From Clostridia bacterium (GTDB lineage: Bacteria > Bacillota > Clostridia > Oscillospirales > Acutalibacteraceae), in assembly GCA_022767925.1 (NCBI GenBank), contig JALENG010000033.1, forward strand, positions 16,300 through 80,299: a stretch of 64,000 nucleotides of DNA. Direction: 5' to 3'. The notes under the pieces are model-generated. The model did no database searches. It saw only the letters and a list, made by a program, of their open reading frames with translations, and was not told the origin of the DNA. The translations under genes and the position numbers were made by a program. Shown here piece after piece: positions 10,901-20,083 of the stretch (positions within the stretch are counted from its first letter, which is position 1; every line of letters begins with the position of its first letter).

Positions 10901-11452
10901 CTCGCAAGGGAGAAAGGAACCGGTGCCGAGGCCGGAACAGCTGCCCATACCTATATGCAGTTTGTCGATTATCACGCGGCAGCGGAAGATCCGGTGGCAG
11001 AGGGAACTCGATTAGTCGAGCAGGGGTTTCTGACAAATGAACAATTTACCCTGCTGGATTTTTCCTCGATCCGCGGATTTTTCGAAAGCCCCTTGGGAAA
11101 ACGGATGTTGAGGGCCGGAAAACTGTGGCGTGAGTACCGGTTTGCGGCCCGCATCCCGGCCTCGCTGATTCATCCGGAGTTGTTGAGGGAAGAGGCAAAA
11201 TCCAGCCAGATCCTGCTGCAGGGGGCCGTTGACTGCCTGTTTGAGGAGGAGGACGGGTTGGTTCTGGTCGATTACAAAACCGATCACCATGTTACACCGC
11301 AGCAACTCTGGGAACGGTACCAAAAGCAGATTCAGCTGTATACCATCGCCCTGGAAAAAATCTTTGGCAAAAAGGTAAAAGAGAGGATGCTGTATTCCTT
11401 TTCCCTGCAGCGGCCCGTGTGGGATCCCGAAGAAATACCGGAAAATCGGTGA
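7862..11452 (+). CDS. addA: helicase-exonuclease AddAB, subunit AddA (UvrD-like helicase plus nuclease)
   Basis: Motifs AAAGSGKT, VDEYQDTN and C-terminal GAVDCLFEE..LVDYKTD. Overlaps addB by 41 nt. Confidence 0.93.
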   Translation: MATAWTPAQKLAIDRREGTVLVSAAAGSGKTAVLVQRMIERITDPENPGNVDRILMVTFSKKAAAEMRARVQKALSDLLLQDPENGHLKQQLLRLPQAKISTVHSFCNDLVREFSSLLPISSDFRIADENELALLKADAMEQLLEECYAQPTGEFRFLADLFSTDRSDTGLEKVIDQVDEFLSSHPFPKFWMEKTLQLYDPQLPAEQTVWGCSAMQDALDIARYYQESIPLWLSILEEEPEIYAAYADVLLALQQDLSRIPADIDGISWGEFREKMSGLTVGSPKAFRGSMAKKYPTDHPLRVMMKGLLDQMKKDFQKIGQESGQESGDSLCPAEEDLRESVATSRKTAGEIFRMVLRYREIFSGLKAEQNVADYDDLEHWALAILCIPQPDGSFSRTEAAKAVAARFDEIMVDEYQDTNETQDTIFRAISRQEGNLFFVGDVKQSIYSFRQAMPQIFLHYRKEFPAMTEETDLYPGSITLDRNFRSRKSVTDFVNFTFSQIMSEHLGDVSYSGQDRLVCGADYYPDGEGYDPEFWLIDRERAGMPTEEEDAVLEGRLIAEKIHEMLDSGLMITDKAGQRRVREGDFCILLRTVSQQASVYARELNRAGLHASAGSEEDFFQTPEISLILNLLRVIDNPTREIPLLGVMMSALYGVSPDEISQMRLEHPGVNLYTVLVQSRKKYPKADLLLQDLEAYRAAAAVMRADELLLYLFRTTRILPLMQALPQGEERSARLYQLLDFASHFEEGNRTGLSVFLRYISRLEKNRTVSPEKAAPDSEKGVTILSVHKSKGLEFPIVILAGCGHRFHNETAPVTLHADMGLGVFAKEKGCSFVRNMILQRKRQEQYSEEMRILYVAMTRAKEKLIMVMTADKGEETLRRIYTHSGMGKTLPFVALRNCRCLGDWLLACVLRHPDSAGWRRELHLDKGYVRTEDAGSMKLCLLAPFAEKEEVKGEEISDAEPVAEDVEKIVEKVRYRYPYQEMTGTETKVTASEIAARDQKEREPVFLRPLFLAREKGTGAEAGTAAHTYMQFVDYHAAAEDPVAEGTRLVEQGFLTNEQFTLLDFSSIRGFFESPLGKRMLRAGKLWREYRFAARIPASLIHPELLREEAKSSQILLQGAVDCLFEEEDGLVLVDYKTDHHVTPQQLWERYQKQIQLYTIALEKIFGKKVKERMLYSFSLQRPVWDPEEIPENR

Positions 11453-11472
11453 AAATTTTCCTTGTCCTGGTA

Positions 11473-11501
11473 TTGACTTTCCGGAAGAACGCGCGTATAA
11501 T
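11473..11501 (+). promoter_or_regulatory. sigma-A type promoter of the infC-rpmI-rplT operon
   Basis: TTGACT (11473-11478), 17-nt spacer, TATAAT (11496-11501). Confidence 0.65.
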
Positions 11502-11507
11502 CATTTA

Positions 11508-11692
11508 GGAAAACAAAGAAGGGCGAAATTCTCTCGTCCTCACCTGTGCAGTTCTGTCTGACACGGGTCAATAAAAAAGATCCTTTTCCTTTATGGGGAA
11601 AGAGTGTTCTTTTGCATTGACACGCGGGCAGAAACTGTCCGCGTTTTGTTTTTCTGTCAAGTAACAGAAACGTGTTTTGGAGGTGTTTGACC
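11508..11692 (+). promoter_or_regulatory. 5' leader of infC operon, candidate L20-responsive ribosomal-protein leader
   Basis: About 185-nt structured leader between the promoter and infC, containing an intrinsic terminator. Its position matches the Firmicute L20 leader. Not checked with a covariance model. Confidence 0.5.
11622..11655 (+). terminator. intrinsic terminator (attenuator) inside the infC leader
   Basis: ACGCGGGCAG / CTGTCCGCGT stem (one G-U pair), AAA loop, then TTTGTTTTT. Confidence 0.6.
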
Positions 11693-12211
11693 ATTAGCAC
11701 AAAGGAACTGCAGATCAATGAAGAGATCCGCGATAAAGAGGTGCGAGTGATTGATTCCGATGGCTCTCAGCTGGGCATTATGCCGGCCTCGCAGGCCCGC
11801 GAAAAAGCCTACGCCCGGAACCTGGATCTGGTAAAAATCGCGCCGCAGGCGCAGCCCCCGGTCTGCAAAATCATCGATTACGGCAAGTATCGTTTCGAAC
11901 AGGCAAAACGGGAAAAGGAAGCGAAGAAGAACCAGAAGGTTGTCGAGATTAAGGAGATCCGTCTGTCGCTGAATATTGGCGAAAACGATTTCCAGACCAA
12001 GCTCAATCAGGCCATGAAGTTCCTGAAGAGCGGCAACAAGGTGAAGGCTTCCATCCGGTTCCGCGGCCGTGAGATGGGCCATCAGGATCAGGGCCATGTC
12101 ATTATGACCCGCTTTGCAGAATCCTGTGCGGAAATTGCCAATGTGGAAAAGCCCGCAAAGCTGGAGGGACGAAACATGCTGATGTTCCTGGCCCCGAAAC
12201 CCGTCAAATAA
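11693..12211 (+). CDS. infC: translation initiation factor IF-3
   Basis: ISTKELQINEEIRDKEVRVIDSDG is a typical IF-3 N-terminus. GGAGG at 11679-11683 sits 9 nt before ATT 11693. The ORF-track GTG at 11672 lies upstream of that SD, so it has no SD of its own. Confidence 0.9.
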   Translation: MSTKELQINEEIRDKEVRVIDSDGSQLGIMPASQAREKAYARNLDLVKIAPQAQPPVCKIIDYGKYRFEQAKREKEAKKNQKVVEIKEIRLSLNIGENDFQTKLNQAMKFLKSGNKVKASIRFRGREMGHQDQGHVIMTRFAESCAEIANVEKPAKLEGRNMLMFLAPKPVK

Positions 12212-12230
12212 TTATTAAGGAGGAGCAGTC

Positions 12231-12434
12231 ATGCCCAAGATTAAATCGCACAGCGGCGCCAAAAAGCGCTTCAAGCTTTCGAAAAACGGTAAGGTGATGC
12301 GCGCCCACACCAACAAGCGCCATAAACTGAACAGCGCCATCAAGTCCACCAAGCGCAAGAGAAACCTGCGCAAGAACACGGTTGCCGATAAGACCAATGT
12401 CAAGGCAATCAAGATGATGATTCCCTACAAATAA
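12231..12434 (+). CDS. rpmI: 50S ribosomal protein L35
   Basis: MPKIKSHSGAKKRFK. 67 aa, basic. Confidence 0.95.
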   Translation: MPKIKSHSGAKKRFKLSKNGKVMRAHTNKRHKLNSAIKSTKRKRNLRKNTVADKTNVKAIKMMIPYK

Positions 12435-12478
12435 GGGACAGTTTCGTAAAGTACGCTACGATTTGGAGGTAACATAGA

Positions 12479-12832
12479 ATGGCACGTGTAAAAGGCGCAT
12501 TAAGCACCCGTAAAAGAAGAAAAAAGATTTTGAAGCTGGCCAAGGGCTATTTTGGTTCCAAGAGCAAGCATTTTAAAATGGCCAAACAGGCCGTTATGAA
12601 GAGCGGCAACTATGCTTTCATCGGCCGTAAAGCGAAGAAGAGAGATTTCCGCCGTTTGTGGATTACCCGTATTTCTGCTGCTTGCAAGGCCAATGACATC
12701 AACTACTCCACTTTCATGAATGGCCTGAAGAAAGCCGGCATTACGCTGAACCGCAAAATGCTCTCCGAAATCGCAATTGCTGATTCCAAGGCATTTGCTG
12801 CGCTGGTTGAACAGGCGAAGGCTGCTCTGTAA
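12479..12832 (+). CDS. rplT: 50S ribosomal protein L20
   Basis: [26 protein letters not shown]. 117 aa. Confidence 0.95.
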   Translation: MARVKGALSTRKRRKKILKLAKGYFGSKSKHFKMAKQAVMKSGNYAFIGRKAKKRDFRRLWITRISAACKANDINYSTFMNGLKKAGITLNRKMLSEIAIADSKAFAALVEQAKAAL

Positions 12833-12921
12833 GGATTGTTTTGCGCTCGGGGTGTATGAAACGCTCCGGGCGTTAACTTTTTGCCGGGCATTTGGCCAAG
12901 CACTGCAGTAGGAGCGAATCC

Positions 12922-13755
12922 ATGCCAGAAACCACGTATATTACCAGCCGAAAAAACGAATGGATCAAAGAGATATCCGGGCTCGTGCGCTCCGCGGAAA
13001 AGCGGCATGCACAGGGCCTTTTCGTCGTGGAAGGAGCCCGGCTGTGTCTGGATGCCGCCCGCAGCCAGGTGCCGGTGCTGGCTCTGCTTTTTACTGAACA
13101 GGCTGAGGAAAAATACCGCACCTATGTACAACAAATCCGGGAAAAGGCGCAGCAGATCTGCTGTATTTCCCCTTCGGTGGCCGAGCTGATCAGCGATACG
13201 CGCTCTCCGCAGGGGATTTTCTGCCTGTGCCGGATGCCGACAGGGGAAGAGCGGAACACCCCAAAAATGCCGGATTGTCCGGGAAAATACCTGGCTGTGG
13301 AGAACATGCAGGATCCGGCCAATCTGGGGACGGTGTGCCGCACCGCAGAGGCGCTGGGAATTGCCGGTGTCATTTTATTGGGGGAGTGCTGTGATTTTTA
13401 CAGCCCCAAGGCGCTGCGTGCCGGGATGGGGGCGGCTTTCCGTCTGCCCGTTTTCTTTTCTTCCTCCTTTGCCGCCGCCAAGCCGGAATGGGAAAAAGGG
13501 GGATTTGTCACCTTTGCCGCCGTGCCCGCCCGCGACGCACAGCCGGTCACCCATCTTTCTTTTCCCGAAAAAAGCATTATGGTGATCGGGAATGAGGGGA
13601 ACGGTCTTCTCACCGAAACGATCGCCGGGTGTGAAAAGCGCGTGACTATTCCCATGCTGGGGCGGGCCGAGTCCCTCAACGCGGCGGCCTCCGCCTCTAT
13701 TCTGATGTGGGAAATGATGCGCACGGCCGTACAGGAGGACGAAAATGATGGATGA
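12922..13755 (+). CDS. TrmH/SpoU family RNA 2'-O-methyltransferase
   Basis: SpoU motifs DPANLGT, VIGNEGNGL and ESLNAAASASI. AGGAG lies 7 nt before ATG 12922. Confidence 0.85.
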   Translation: MPETTYITSRKNEWIKEISGLVRSAEKRHAQGLFVVEGARLCLDAARSQVPVLALLFTEQAEEKYRTYVQQIREKAQQICCISPSVAELISDTRSPQGIFCLCRMPTGEERNTPKMPDCPGKYLAVENMQDPANLGTVCRTAEALGIAGVILLGECCDFYSPKALRAGMGAAFRLPVFFSSSFAAAKPEWEKGGFVTFAAVPARDAQPVTHLSFPEKSIMVIGNEGNGLLTETIAGCEKRVTIPMLGRAESLNAAASASILMWEMMRTAVQEDENDG

Positions 13756-14872
13756 ACGCTGTCTGTGGATTTGTGCCCAGAAGGCTTTTGGAGCAGGAAG
13801 CCGCAAGCCCTCTCTGTTGTGCCGCCGGTTTGGCTCGCTTTCCGCTTTTTTTGCAGCGGGTCCCGCCGTGTGGAGTGAGATGACCTTTCTCTCTGAAAAA
13901 GAGATCGCGGTTCTGCGCTATTCCAATGAACAGCAGGCTACGGCACTGTTGCAGTATGCCCAATCGGTGGGGCAGCAGGTTCTCACACCGGCCGATGAGG
14001 ATTACCCGCCGGCATTGCGCCCCTTTGAGGATGCTCCGGCGGTCCTGTTTGCACAGGGAGATCCGTCCCTTTTGCACGCCGAACTATCCATTGCGATTGT
14101 GGGCACCCGGAAAGCCAGCGAAGAGGGGAAGCAGACGGCGAAAATGCTCGCCTCCCAGTTGTGCCGGCAGGGGGCTGTGGTTATCAGCGGAGGAGCCCTG
14201 GGCATTGATGCGGCTGCCCATTACGGTGCCCTGGAGGCCAGGGGGAGAACCATCTGTATTCTTGGCTGTGGGATTGGATATCCTTATCTTGTTCAAAATG
14301 AAAAAATGCGCCGGGAAATTGTCCGGCGGGGTGGGCTTCTTCTTTCGGAGTACCCGCCCGACGGCGGCGTGCAGCGCGGAAATTTTCCCGTGCGGAATCG
14401 GTTGATCTCCGGTCTGTCCCGCGGTGTTCTGGTTATTGAGGCGGGCAGCAAAAGCGGTTCTTTGATCACGGCGCGATTGGCAGCCGAACAGGGGAAAGAT
14501 GTATTTGCAGTGCCGGCGGGGATTCTGAATCCCAATGGTGCCGGTGTGAATGCGCTGATTAAGGACGGTGCCAAACCGGTGACGTGCGCCGAAGATATTT
14601 TGGAGGAATACCGGGGGATTACCCGGCCGGTTTTCACGACCCCGGAAAAACCCGCACCGGCTGCACAATCCAGCGAGGAAAAACCGGCCCTGAATGGCTT
14701 TTCAAAGGAAGCTATTCTCTTCTATTATGCATTATCCACAGAACCCCGCCATATCACAGAGATATGTGCAGAAACATCCCTCTCGATCCAGCAGGCCCTT
14801 TCCGCTGCGACCGAACTGGAGCTGATGGGGTTTATTCAGTCTTTTTCAGGAAGACGCTATGCAAAGGAATAG
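13745..14872 (+). CDS. dprA: DNA-processing protein DprA
   Basis: Rossmann-like core: IVGTRKAS..SGGALGIDAAAH..FPVRNRLISGL. Confidence 0.88.
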   Translation: MMDERCLWICAQKAFGAGSRKPSLLCRRFGSLSAFFAAGPAVWSEMTFLSEKEIAVLRYSNEQQATALLQYAQSVGQQVLTPADEDYPPALRPFEDAPAVLFAQGDPSLLHAELSIAIVGTRKASEEGKQTAKMLASQLCRQGAVVISGGALGIDAAAHYGALEARGRTICILGCGIGYPYLVQNEKMRREIVRRGGLLLSEYPPDGGVQRGNFPVRNRLISGLSRGVLVIEAGSKSGSLITARLAAEQGKDVFAVPAGILNPNGAGVNALIKDGAKPVTCAEDILEEYRGITRPVFTTPEKPAPAAQSSEEKPALNGFSKEAILFYYALSTEPRHITEICAETSLSIQQALSAATELELMGFIQSFSGRRYAKE

Positions 14873-14974
14873 AAACATAAGTCTTCTGAAAGCCTTTTTT
14901 AGGAAAAGAGAAGAAGGTTTTCAAAAAACCTATTGTAACTGTTTCTGTAATTCAATGATAAGGTGGTTATCAGA

Positions 14975-17062
14975 GTGTCGAATCTTGTAATTGTGGAATC
15001 GCCCAGCAAGGCGAAGACCATAAAAAAATATTTGGGACCCGGTTATGATGTTGTTGCTTCCATGGGTCATGTACGCGATCTGCCGGAAAACCGGCTGAGC
15101 GTGGATGTAAAGCATGATTTTAAGCCCAAATACACCGTAATCAAGGGAAAAGAAAAACTGGTTGATGAACTGAAAAAAACGGCGGCCAACAGTGATAAAG
15201 TATGGCTGGCTACGGACCCGGACCGTGAAGGGGAGGCTATTTCGTGGCACCTCGCCTATCTGCTGGGGTTGGATACCCATGATGTGAACCGTGTTACGTT
15301 TAACGAAATCACAAAGAATGGGATTCGGGAGGGAATGGCTGCCCCCCGGTGCATTGATCAGGATCTGGTCGATGCCCAGCAGGCCCGCCGGATTCTGGAC
15401 CGGTTGGTTGGCTATAAGCTCAGTCCCTTTCTGGCGAAGGTCATCCGTCGCGGACTGTCGGCCGGCCGTGTACAGTCAGTAGCGGTGCGGCTGATTGTGG
15501 ACCGTGAAGAGGAGATCCGCGCTTTTGTTCCTCAGGAATACTGGACCATTGACGGAAAATTCCTTGCGAAAGGGGAGAGAAAGCAGTTTTCCGCCTCTCT
15601 CTACGGACTGGCAGACGGTACGAAAATAGAAATTTCCAATCAGGAGGAAGCCGATCGGATTCTTGCTGCCCTGGATGGGGCGGAATTCCGCGTGGAAAGT
15701 GTAAAAAAGGGACAGCGCCGCCGTTCCCCGGCCCCGCCCTTTACCACCTCCACCCTCCAGCAGGAGGCCAGCCGGAAGCTGGGATTTCAGGCCCGTCGCA
15801 CCATGAAGGTAGCCCAGGAGCTGTATGAAGGCGTGGAAATTGCCGGAATGGGCGCCGTAGGTTTGATCACCTATATGCGTACGGATTCGCTGCGCATTTC
15901 AGAGGACGCGATTCGCGAAGTACGGGAGTATATTGATAATCAGTTTGGCGGCAAATATGTTCCGGATAAAGAACGTCACTTTAAAACCCGGGCCAACGCC
16001 CAGGACGGCCATGAAGCCATCCGTCCCACCTCGGTCGGGCTGCAGCCGGAGGAGATCAAGGGCAGTTTGACCAGTGACCAGTATAAATTGTATTCGCTGA
16101 TCTGGAAGCGCTTTGTGGCCTGCCAGATGAGTAACTGCCTGATGAATACCACCCAGGCCAATATTCTGGCCGGGGATTACCTCTTTAAAGCCTCCGGCTC
16201 TCAGGTTACCTTCGACGGTTTTACGGTGCTGTATGAAGAGAGTACGGAAAAAGGCGGAGAAACCGCTTCCTATCTGCCGGTCATGGAGCCCGGAACACCC
16301 ATTCGAGCAAAGGAATTGACGGGAAATCAGCACTTTACACAGCCCCCTGCTCATTATACGGAGGCCTCGCTGATTAAGGCACTGGAGGAAAATGGAATCG
16401 GCCGGCCATCCACCTATGCGGTAACCATCTCGACGATTACCGCGCGGGAATATGTCCGCCGGGAGGGAAAAAACCTGATCCCGACGGAACTGGGGGAAGT
16501 CTCCACAAAGGTGATGAAAGAGCATTTCCCCAAGATTGTGAACGTCCGTTTTACGGCGCAGATTGAAAACGAATTGGATGCCGTACAGCGTGGAGAAGAA
16601 AACTGGGTACAGACCCTGCACAATTTTTACGGGGACTTTGACAAAACACTGCAAAAGGCCAAAGCGGATATGGATGGCGTAAAGATTACGCTGAAAGAGG
16701 ATCAGACGGATATTATCTGTGAGAAATGCGGCCGCCAGATGGTGGTTAAAATGGGCCGTTACGGAAAGTTTATCGCCTGCCCCGGATATCCCGAGTGCAA
16801 AAATATCAAAAAGTATGTAAATTACACCGGCGCGCTGTGCCCCAAGTGCGGCGGCCGGGTGGTTTTGAAGCGTTCGAAAAAAGGGCGCATCTTCTATGGA
16901 TGTGAAAACTATCCCAACTGTGATTTTGTTTCCTGGGATGAACCCAGCCGGGAAACGTGCCCGCGCTGCGGAAAAACCCTACTGATCAAAAAAGGAAAGA
17001 ATCCGAAGCTGTATTGTATCACACCCGACTGCGGTTTTGAAAAAACCGGGGAGGACGAATGA
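14975..17062 (+). CDS. topA: DNA topoisomerase I
   Basis: Toprim N-terminus NLVIVESPSKAKTIKKYLG. C-terminal zinc ribbons (CEKCG..CPGYPEC, CPKCGG, CPRCG). GTG 14975 lies behind AAGGTGG. Confidence 0.93.
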   Translation: MSNLVIVESPSKAKTIKKYLGPGYDVVASMGHVRDLPENRLSVDVKHDFKPKYTVIKGKEKLVDELKKTAANSDKVWLATDPDREGEAISWHLAYLLGLDTHDVNRVTFNEITKNGIREGMAAPRCIDQDLVDAQQARRILDRLVGYKLSPFLAKVIRRGLSAGRVQSVAVRLIVDREEEIRAFVPQEYWTIDGKFLAKGERKQFSASLYGLADGTKIEISNQEEADRILAALDGAEFRVESVKKGQRRRSPAPPFTTSTLQQEASRKLGFQARRTMKVAQELYEGVEIAGMGAVGLITYMRTDSLRISEDAIREVREYIDNQFGGKYVPDKERHFKTRANAQDGHEAIRPTSVGLQPEEIKGSLTSDQYKLYSLIWKRFVACQMSNCLMNTTQANILAGDYLFKASGSQVTFDGFTVLYEESTEKGGETASYLPVMEPGTPIRAKELTGNQHFTQPPAHYTEASLIKALEENGIGRPSTYAVTISTITAREYVRREGKNLIPTELGEVSTKVMKEHFPKIVNVRFTAQIENELDAVQRGEENWVQTLHNFYGDFDKTLQKAKADMDGVKITLKEDQTDIICEKCGRQMVVKMGRYGKFIACPGYPECKNIKKYVNYTGALCPKCGGRVVLKRSKKGRIFYGCENYPNCDFVSWDEPSRETCPRCGKTLLIKKGKNPKLYCITPDCGFEKTGEDE

Positions 17063-18390
17063 TGGGCCCGGTAACCGTAATTGGTGCCGGTCTGGCGGGC
17101 TGCGAGGCCGCCTGGCAGGTTGCCGAAAACGGGTTTCCGGTAGAACTGGTGGAAATGAAGCCGAAAAAGTTCAGCCCGGCCCATCAGTCCGAGTTCTTTG
17201 CCGAGCTGATCTGCTCCAATTCCCTGAAGGCAGCCCGGGTGGAAAGCGCTGCGGGACTGCTGAAAGAGGAAATGCGGCGTTTGGGATCTCTGTTGGTGCC
17301 GTGTGCCGATGCCTGCCGTGTCCCCGCCGGCGGTGCTTTAGCGGTGGACCGTCAGCGGTTCTCGCAGATGGTCACGGAAAAAATCCGCTCGCATCCCAAT
17401 ATCACCGTCCGGCAGGAGGAGGTACAGCATATCCCCGAAGAGGGGATTGTCATCATCGCGACAGGCCCTCTCACCGAGGGGCCCCTGGCAGAGGAGATCT
17501 TCTCCCTCTGCGGGGGAAAGCTCAGTTTTTTTGATGCGGCTGCTCCGATCGTCACCGCAGAGAGCCTGGATCGCTCCTGCTGTTTTGCCGCCAGCCGTTA
17601 TGATCACGGGGAGGACAGCGCGTATCTGAACTGCCCCATGAATAAAGAGGAATACGAGATCTTTTTGGATGCCTTGATTCACGCAGAACGGGCACCGGTT
17701 CATGATTTTGATGTACAGAATCCCAAAGTTTACGAGGGATGTATGCCGGTAGAGGTGATGGGGCAGCGTGGAAAGGATACCCTGCGTTATGGCCCGCTGA
17801 AACCCGTCGGTCTGCGGGATCCTCGCACCGGCCATCGTCCGTGGGCGGTTGTGCAGCTGCGCCGTGAAGATCAGGAGGGAACACTCTATAATCTCGTAGG
17901 ATTTCAGACCAATCTCCGTTTTCCCGAGCAAAAGCGTGTTTTCGGGCTGATTCCCGGCCTGGCCCATGCGGAATTTGTCCGGTATGGGGTGATGCACCGC
18001 AATACTTTTCTAAATTCCCCGGGCTTTTTGGGAACGGATTATGCCGTTCTTTCCCGTCCCAATCTCTTCTTTGCCGGGCAAATTACCGGGGTGGAGGGGT
18101 ATATGGAATCGGCCTCTTCCGGGTTACTTGCCGGGAAAAATGCGGTATGCCGGCTAAAGGGACTTCCCTCTGTCACCTTACCGCGGGAGACCATGATGGG
18201 GGCCTTGTCCTGTCATGTGGCCGAGAGCGCCAGCAAGGATTTTCAGCCCATGGGGGCCAATTTTGGTGTGATGCCGCCGCTGGCAGAACCCAAACGGGAT
18301 AAGTTGGAGCGCTATGCCGCTTTGGCACATCGAGGATTACAGGCTTTGGAGCCTATTCGAACTATGTTGGAGGAGGAAGGAATACGATGA
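17059..18390 (+). CDS. trmFO: methylenetetrahydrofolate--tRNA-(uracil54-C5)-methyltransferase
   Basis: FAD motif VIGAGLAGCEAAWQ. 443 aa. ATGA overlap with topA. Confidence 0.92.
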   Translation: MMGPVTVIGAGLAGCEAAWQVAENGFPVELVEMKPKKFSPAHQSEFFAELICSNSLKAARVESAAGLLKEEMRRLGSLLVPCADACRVPAGGALAVDRQRFSQMVTEKIRSHPNITVRQEEVQHIPEEGIVIIATGPLTEGPLAEEIFSLCGGKLSFFDAAAPIVTAESLDRSCCFAASRYDHGEDSAYLNCPMNKEEYEIFLDALIHAERAPVHDFDVQNPKVYEGCMPVEVMGQRGKDTLRYGPLKPVGLRDPRTGHRPWAVVQLRREDQEGTLYNLVGFQTNLRFPEQKRVFGLIPGLAHAEFVRYGVMHRNTFLNSPGFLGTDYAVLSRPNLFFAGQITGVEGYMESASSGLLAGKNAVCRLKGLPSVTLPRETMMGALSCHVAESASKDFQPMGANFGVMPPLAEPKRDKLERYAALAHRGLQALEPIRTMLEEEGIR

Positions 18391-19403
18391 AAATTGTGGT
18401 AGATGCATTTGGCGGAGATCACGCCCCTCTGGAAATTTTGCGCGGCTGTCGGATGGCCATTGACGAGTATGATGTGGACATCCTCCTGACCGGAAGCGAA
18501 ATGGTGATCCGGGAGACGGCGGAAAAGGACGGAATCTCGCTTGCACGTATGGAGATTTTTGACGCGCCGGAGGTAATTGCAACGGATGAGTCACCCAAAT
18601 CCATCATGCGGGAAAAGAAAAACTGCTCGATGGCCGCCGGCCTCCGGCTCTTGGCCGAGGGGAAGGGCGATGCCTTCATTTCGGCGGGCAACAGCGGTGC
18701 ACTGGTCTTTGGCGCCAATATGATCGTTCATCGAATCCCGGGGATTAAGCGTATTGCTTTTGCTCCGGTTATGCCCAAGCACGATGGCTTTTTCATGCTG
18801 TGCGACGGCGGTGCCAATGTGGAGTGCCGGTCGGACATGCTGCTGCAGTTCGGAATTATGGGATCGGCCTATCTGGATAAAGTGATGGGCGTCCCGAATC
18901 CCCGCGTGGGTCTTGCCAATGTGGGAACCGAGGATCACAAGGGCGGTACCCTGCAGCATGAAGCGTTTGAACTGCTGCAGAAAAGCGGCCTGAATTTCGT
19001 GGGGAACATTGAGGCCCGTGATATTCCTGCCGATGCCGCCGATGTGGTTGTGGCCGATGGTTTTACGGGAAATGTGATCCTGAAGCTCTATGAGGGTGTT
19101 GCCATCGAGCTGTTTGGCATGATTAAGGAGCTGTTCCAGAAAAATCTGAAGACAAAGCTGGCCGCTGCGCTGGTACTCAAGGATATGCGCGGCATGAAAA
19201 AGCGCCTGGATTACAATGAATATGGCGGAGCGCCCATCATCGGTGCCGCCAAGCCGGTGTTCAAGGCCCACGGCAGCGCAAAAGCCAAGACATTTAAAAA
19301 TGCGATCCGCCTGACAAAAGCATACGTAGAGGGGCATGTGATTGAAGAGATCTCGGAGGCAATCGCATGCTTTGAAAAGGAGCATGGGGGACAGGTAGAA
19401 TGA
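18387..19403 (+). CDS. plsX: phosphate acyltransferase PlsX
   Basis: MKIVVDAFGGDHAP and GNVILK motifs. ATGA overlap with trmFO. Confidence 0.93.
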   Translation: MKIVVDAFGGDHAPLEILRGCRMAIDEYDVDILLTGSEMVIRETAEKDGISLARMEIFDAPEVIATDESPKSIMREKKNCSMAAGLRLLAEGKGDAFISAGNSGALVFGANMIVHRIPGIKRIAFAPVMPKHDGFFMLCDGGANVECRSDMLLQFGIMGSAYLDKVMGVPNPRVGLANVGTEDHKGGTLQHEAFELLQKSGLNFVGNIEARDIPADAADVVVADGFTGNVILKLYEGVAIELFGMIKELFQKNLKTKLAAALVLKDMRGMKKRLDYNEYGGAPIIGAAKPVFKAHGSAKAKTFKNAIRLTKAYVEGHVIEEISEAIACFEKEHGGQVE

Positions 19404-20083
19404 GAGATCTTGCGGAACTGGAAAAAAAGCTGCAGTACACTTTTCGCGATAAGGAGCTGCTCCGCACCGCTTTAACTCACTCTTCCTATGCCAATGAACA
19501 TAAGGGAAAGGCAGTTTGCAACGAGCGCCTGGAATTTTTGGGCGATGCGGTACTGGGCGTCGTGGTAGCGGATTATCTGTATCTCCATTTCCCCGATATG
19601 CCCGAAGGGGAACTGACCAAAAAAAGAGCGGCTCTGGTTTGTGAAAAAGCGCTGTCTGGCTTTTCCCGGCAGCTGGGGCTGGGAGAATATCTGCGGTTAA
19701 GCCGCGGGGAACAGCATTCCGGCGGAAAGGACCGCAGCAGCATCCTCTGTGATGTGTTCGAGGCGGTTATCGCTGCGATTTATCTGGATGCCGGTATGGA
19801 GCGTGCCCGCGAGCACATTCTCCGGTTTGTCCTCCCGCAGATTAAGCAGGCGGGTACCCGCCCCTTTAAGGACTATAAAACCACCCTGCAGGAGATCATC
19901 CAGCAGAATCCGGAGGAAGAACTGCGTTATGTTCTGACCGGAGAAAGCGGCCCGGATCACGATAAGCATTTTACGGTCGAGGTCCATCTGAACAGCAATG
20001 TCATCGGAAAGGGCGGCGGGCGCAGCAAAAAGGAAGCTGAACAGCAGGCCGCACGGGAAGCCCTGGAATTGATGGGATATTGA
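19400..20083 (+). CDS. rnc: ribonuclease III
   Basis: Signature NERLEFLGDAVL plus a C-terminal dsRBD (GGGRSKKEAEQQAAREAL). Confidence 0.94.
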   Translation: MRDLAELEKKLQYTFRDKELLRTALTHSSYANEHKGKAVCNERLEFLGDAVLGVVVADYLYLHFPDMPEGELTKKRAALVCEKALSGFSRQLGLGEYLRLSRGEQHSGGKDRSSILCDVFEAVIAAIYLDAGMERAREHILRFVLPQIKQAGTRPFKDYKTTLQEIIQQNPEEELRYVLTGESGPDHDKHFTVEVHLNSNVIGKGGGRSKKEAEQQAAREALELMGY

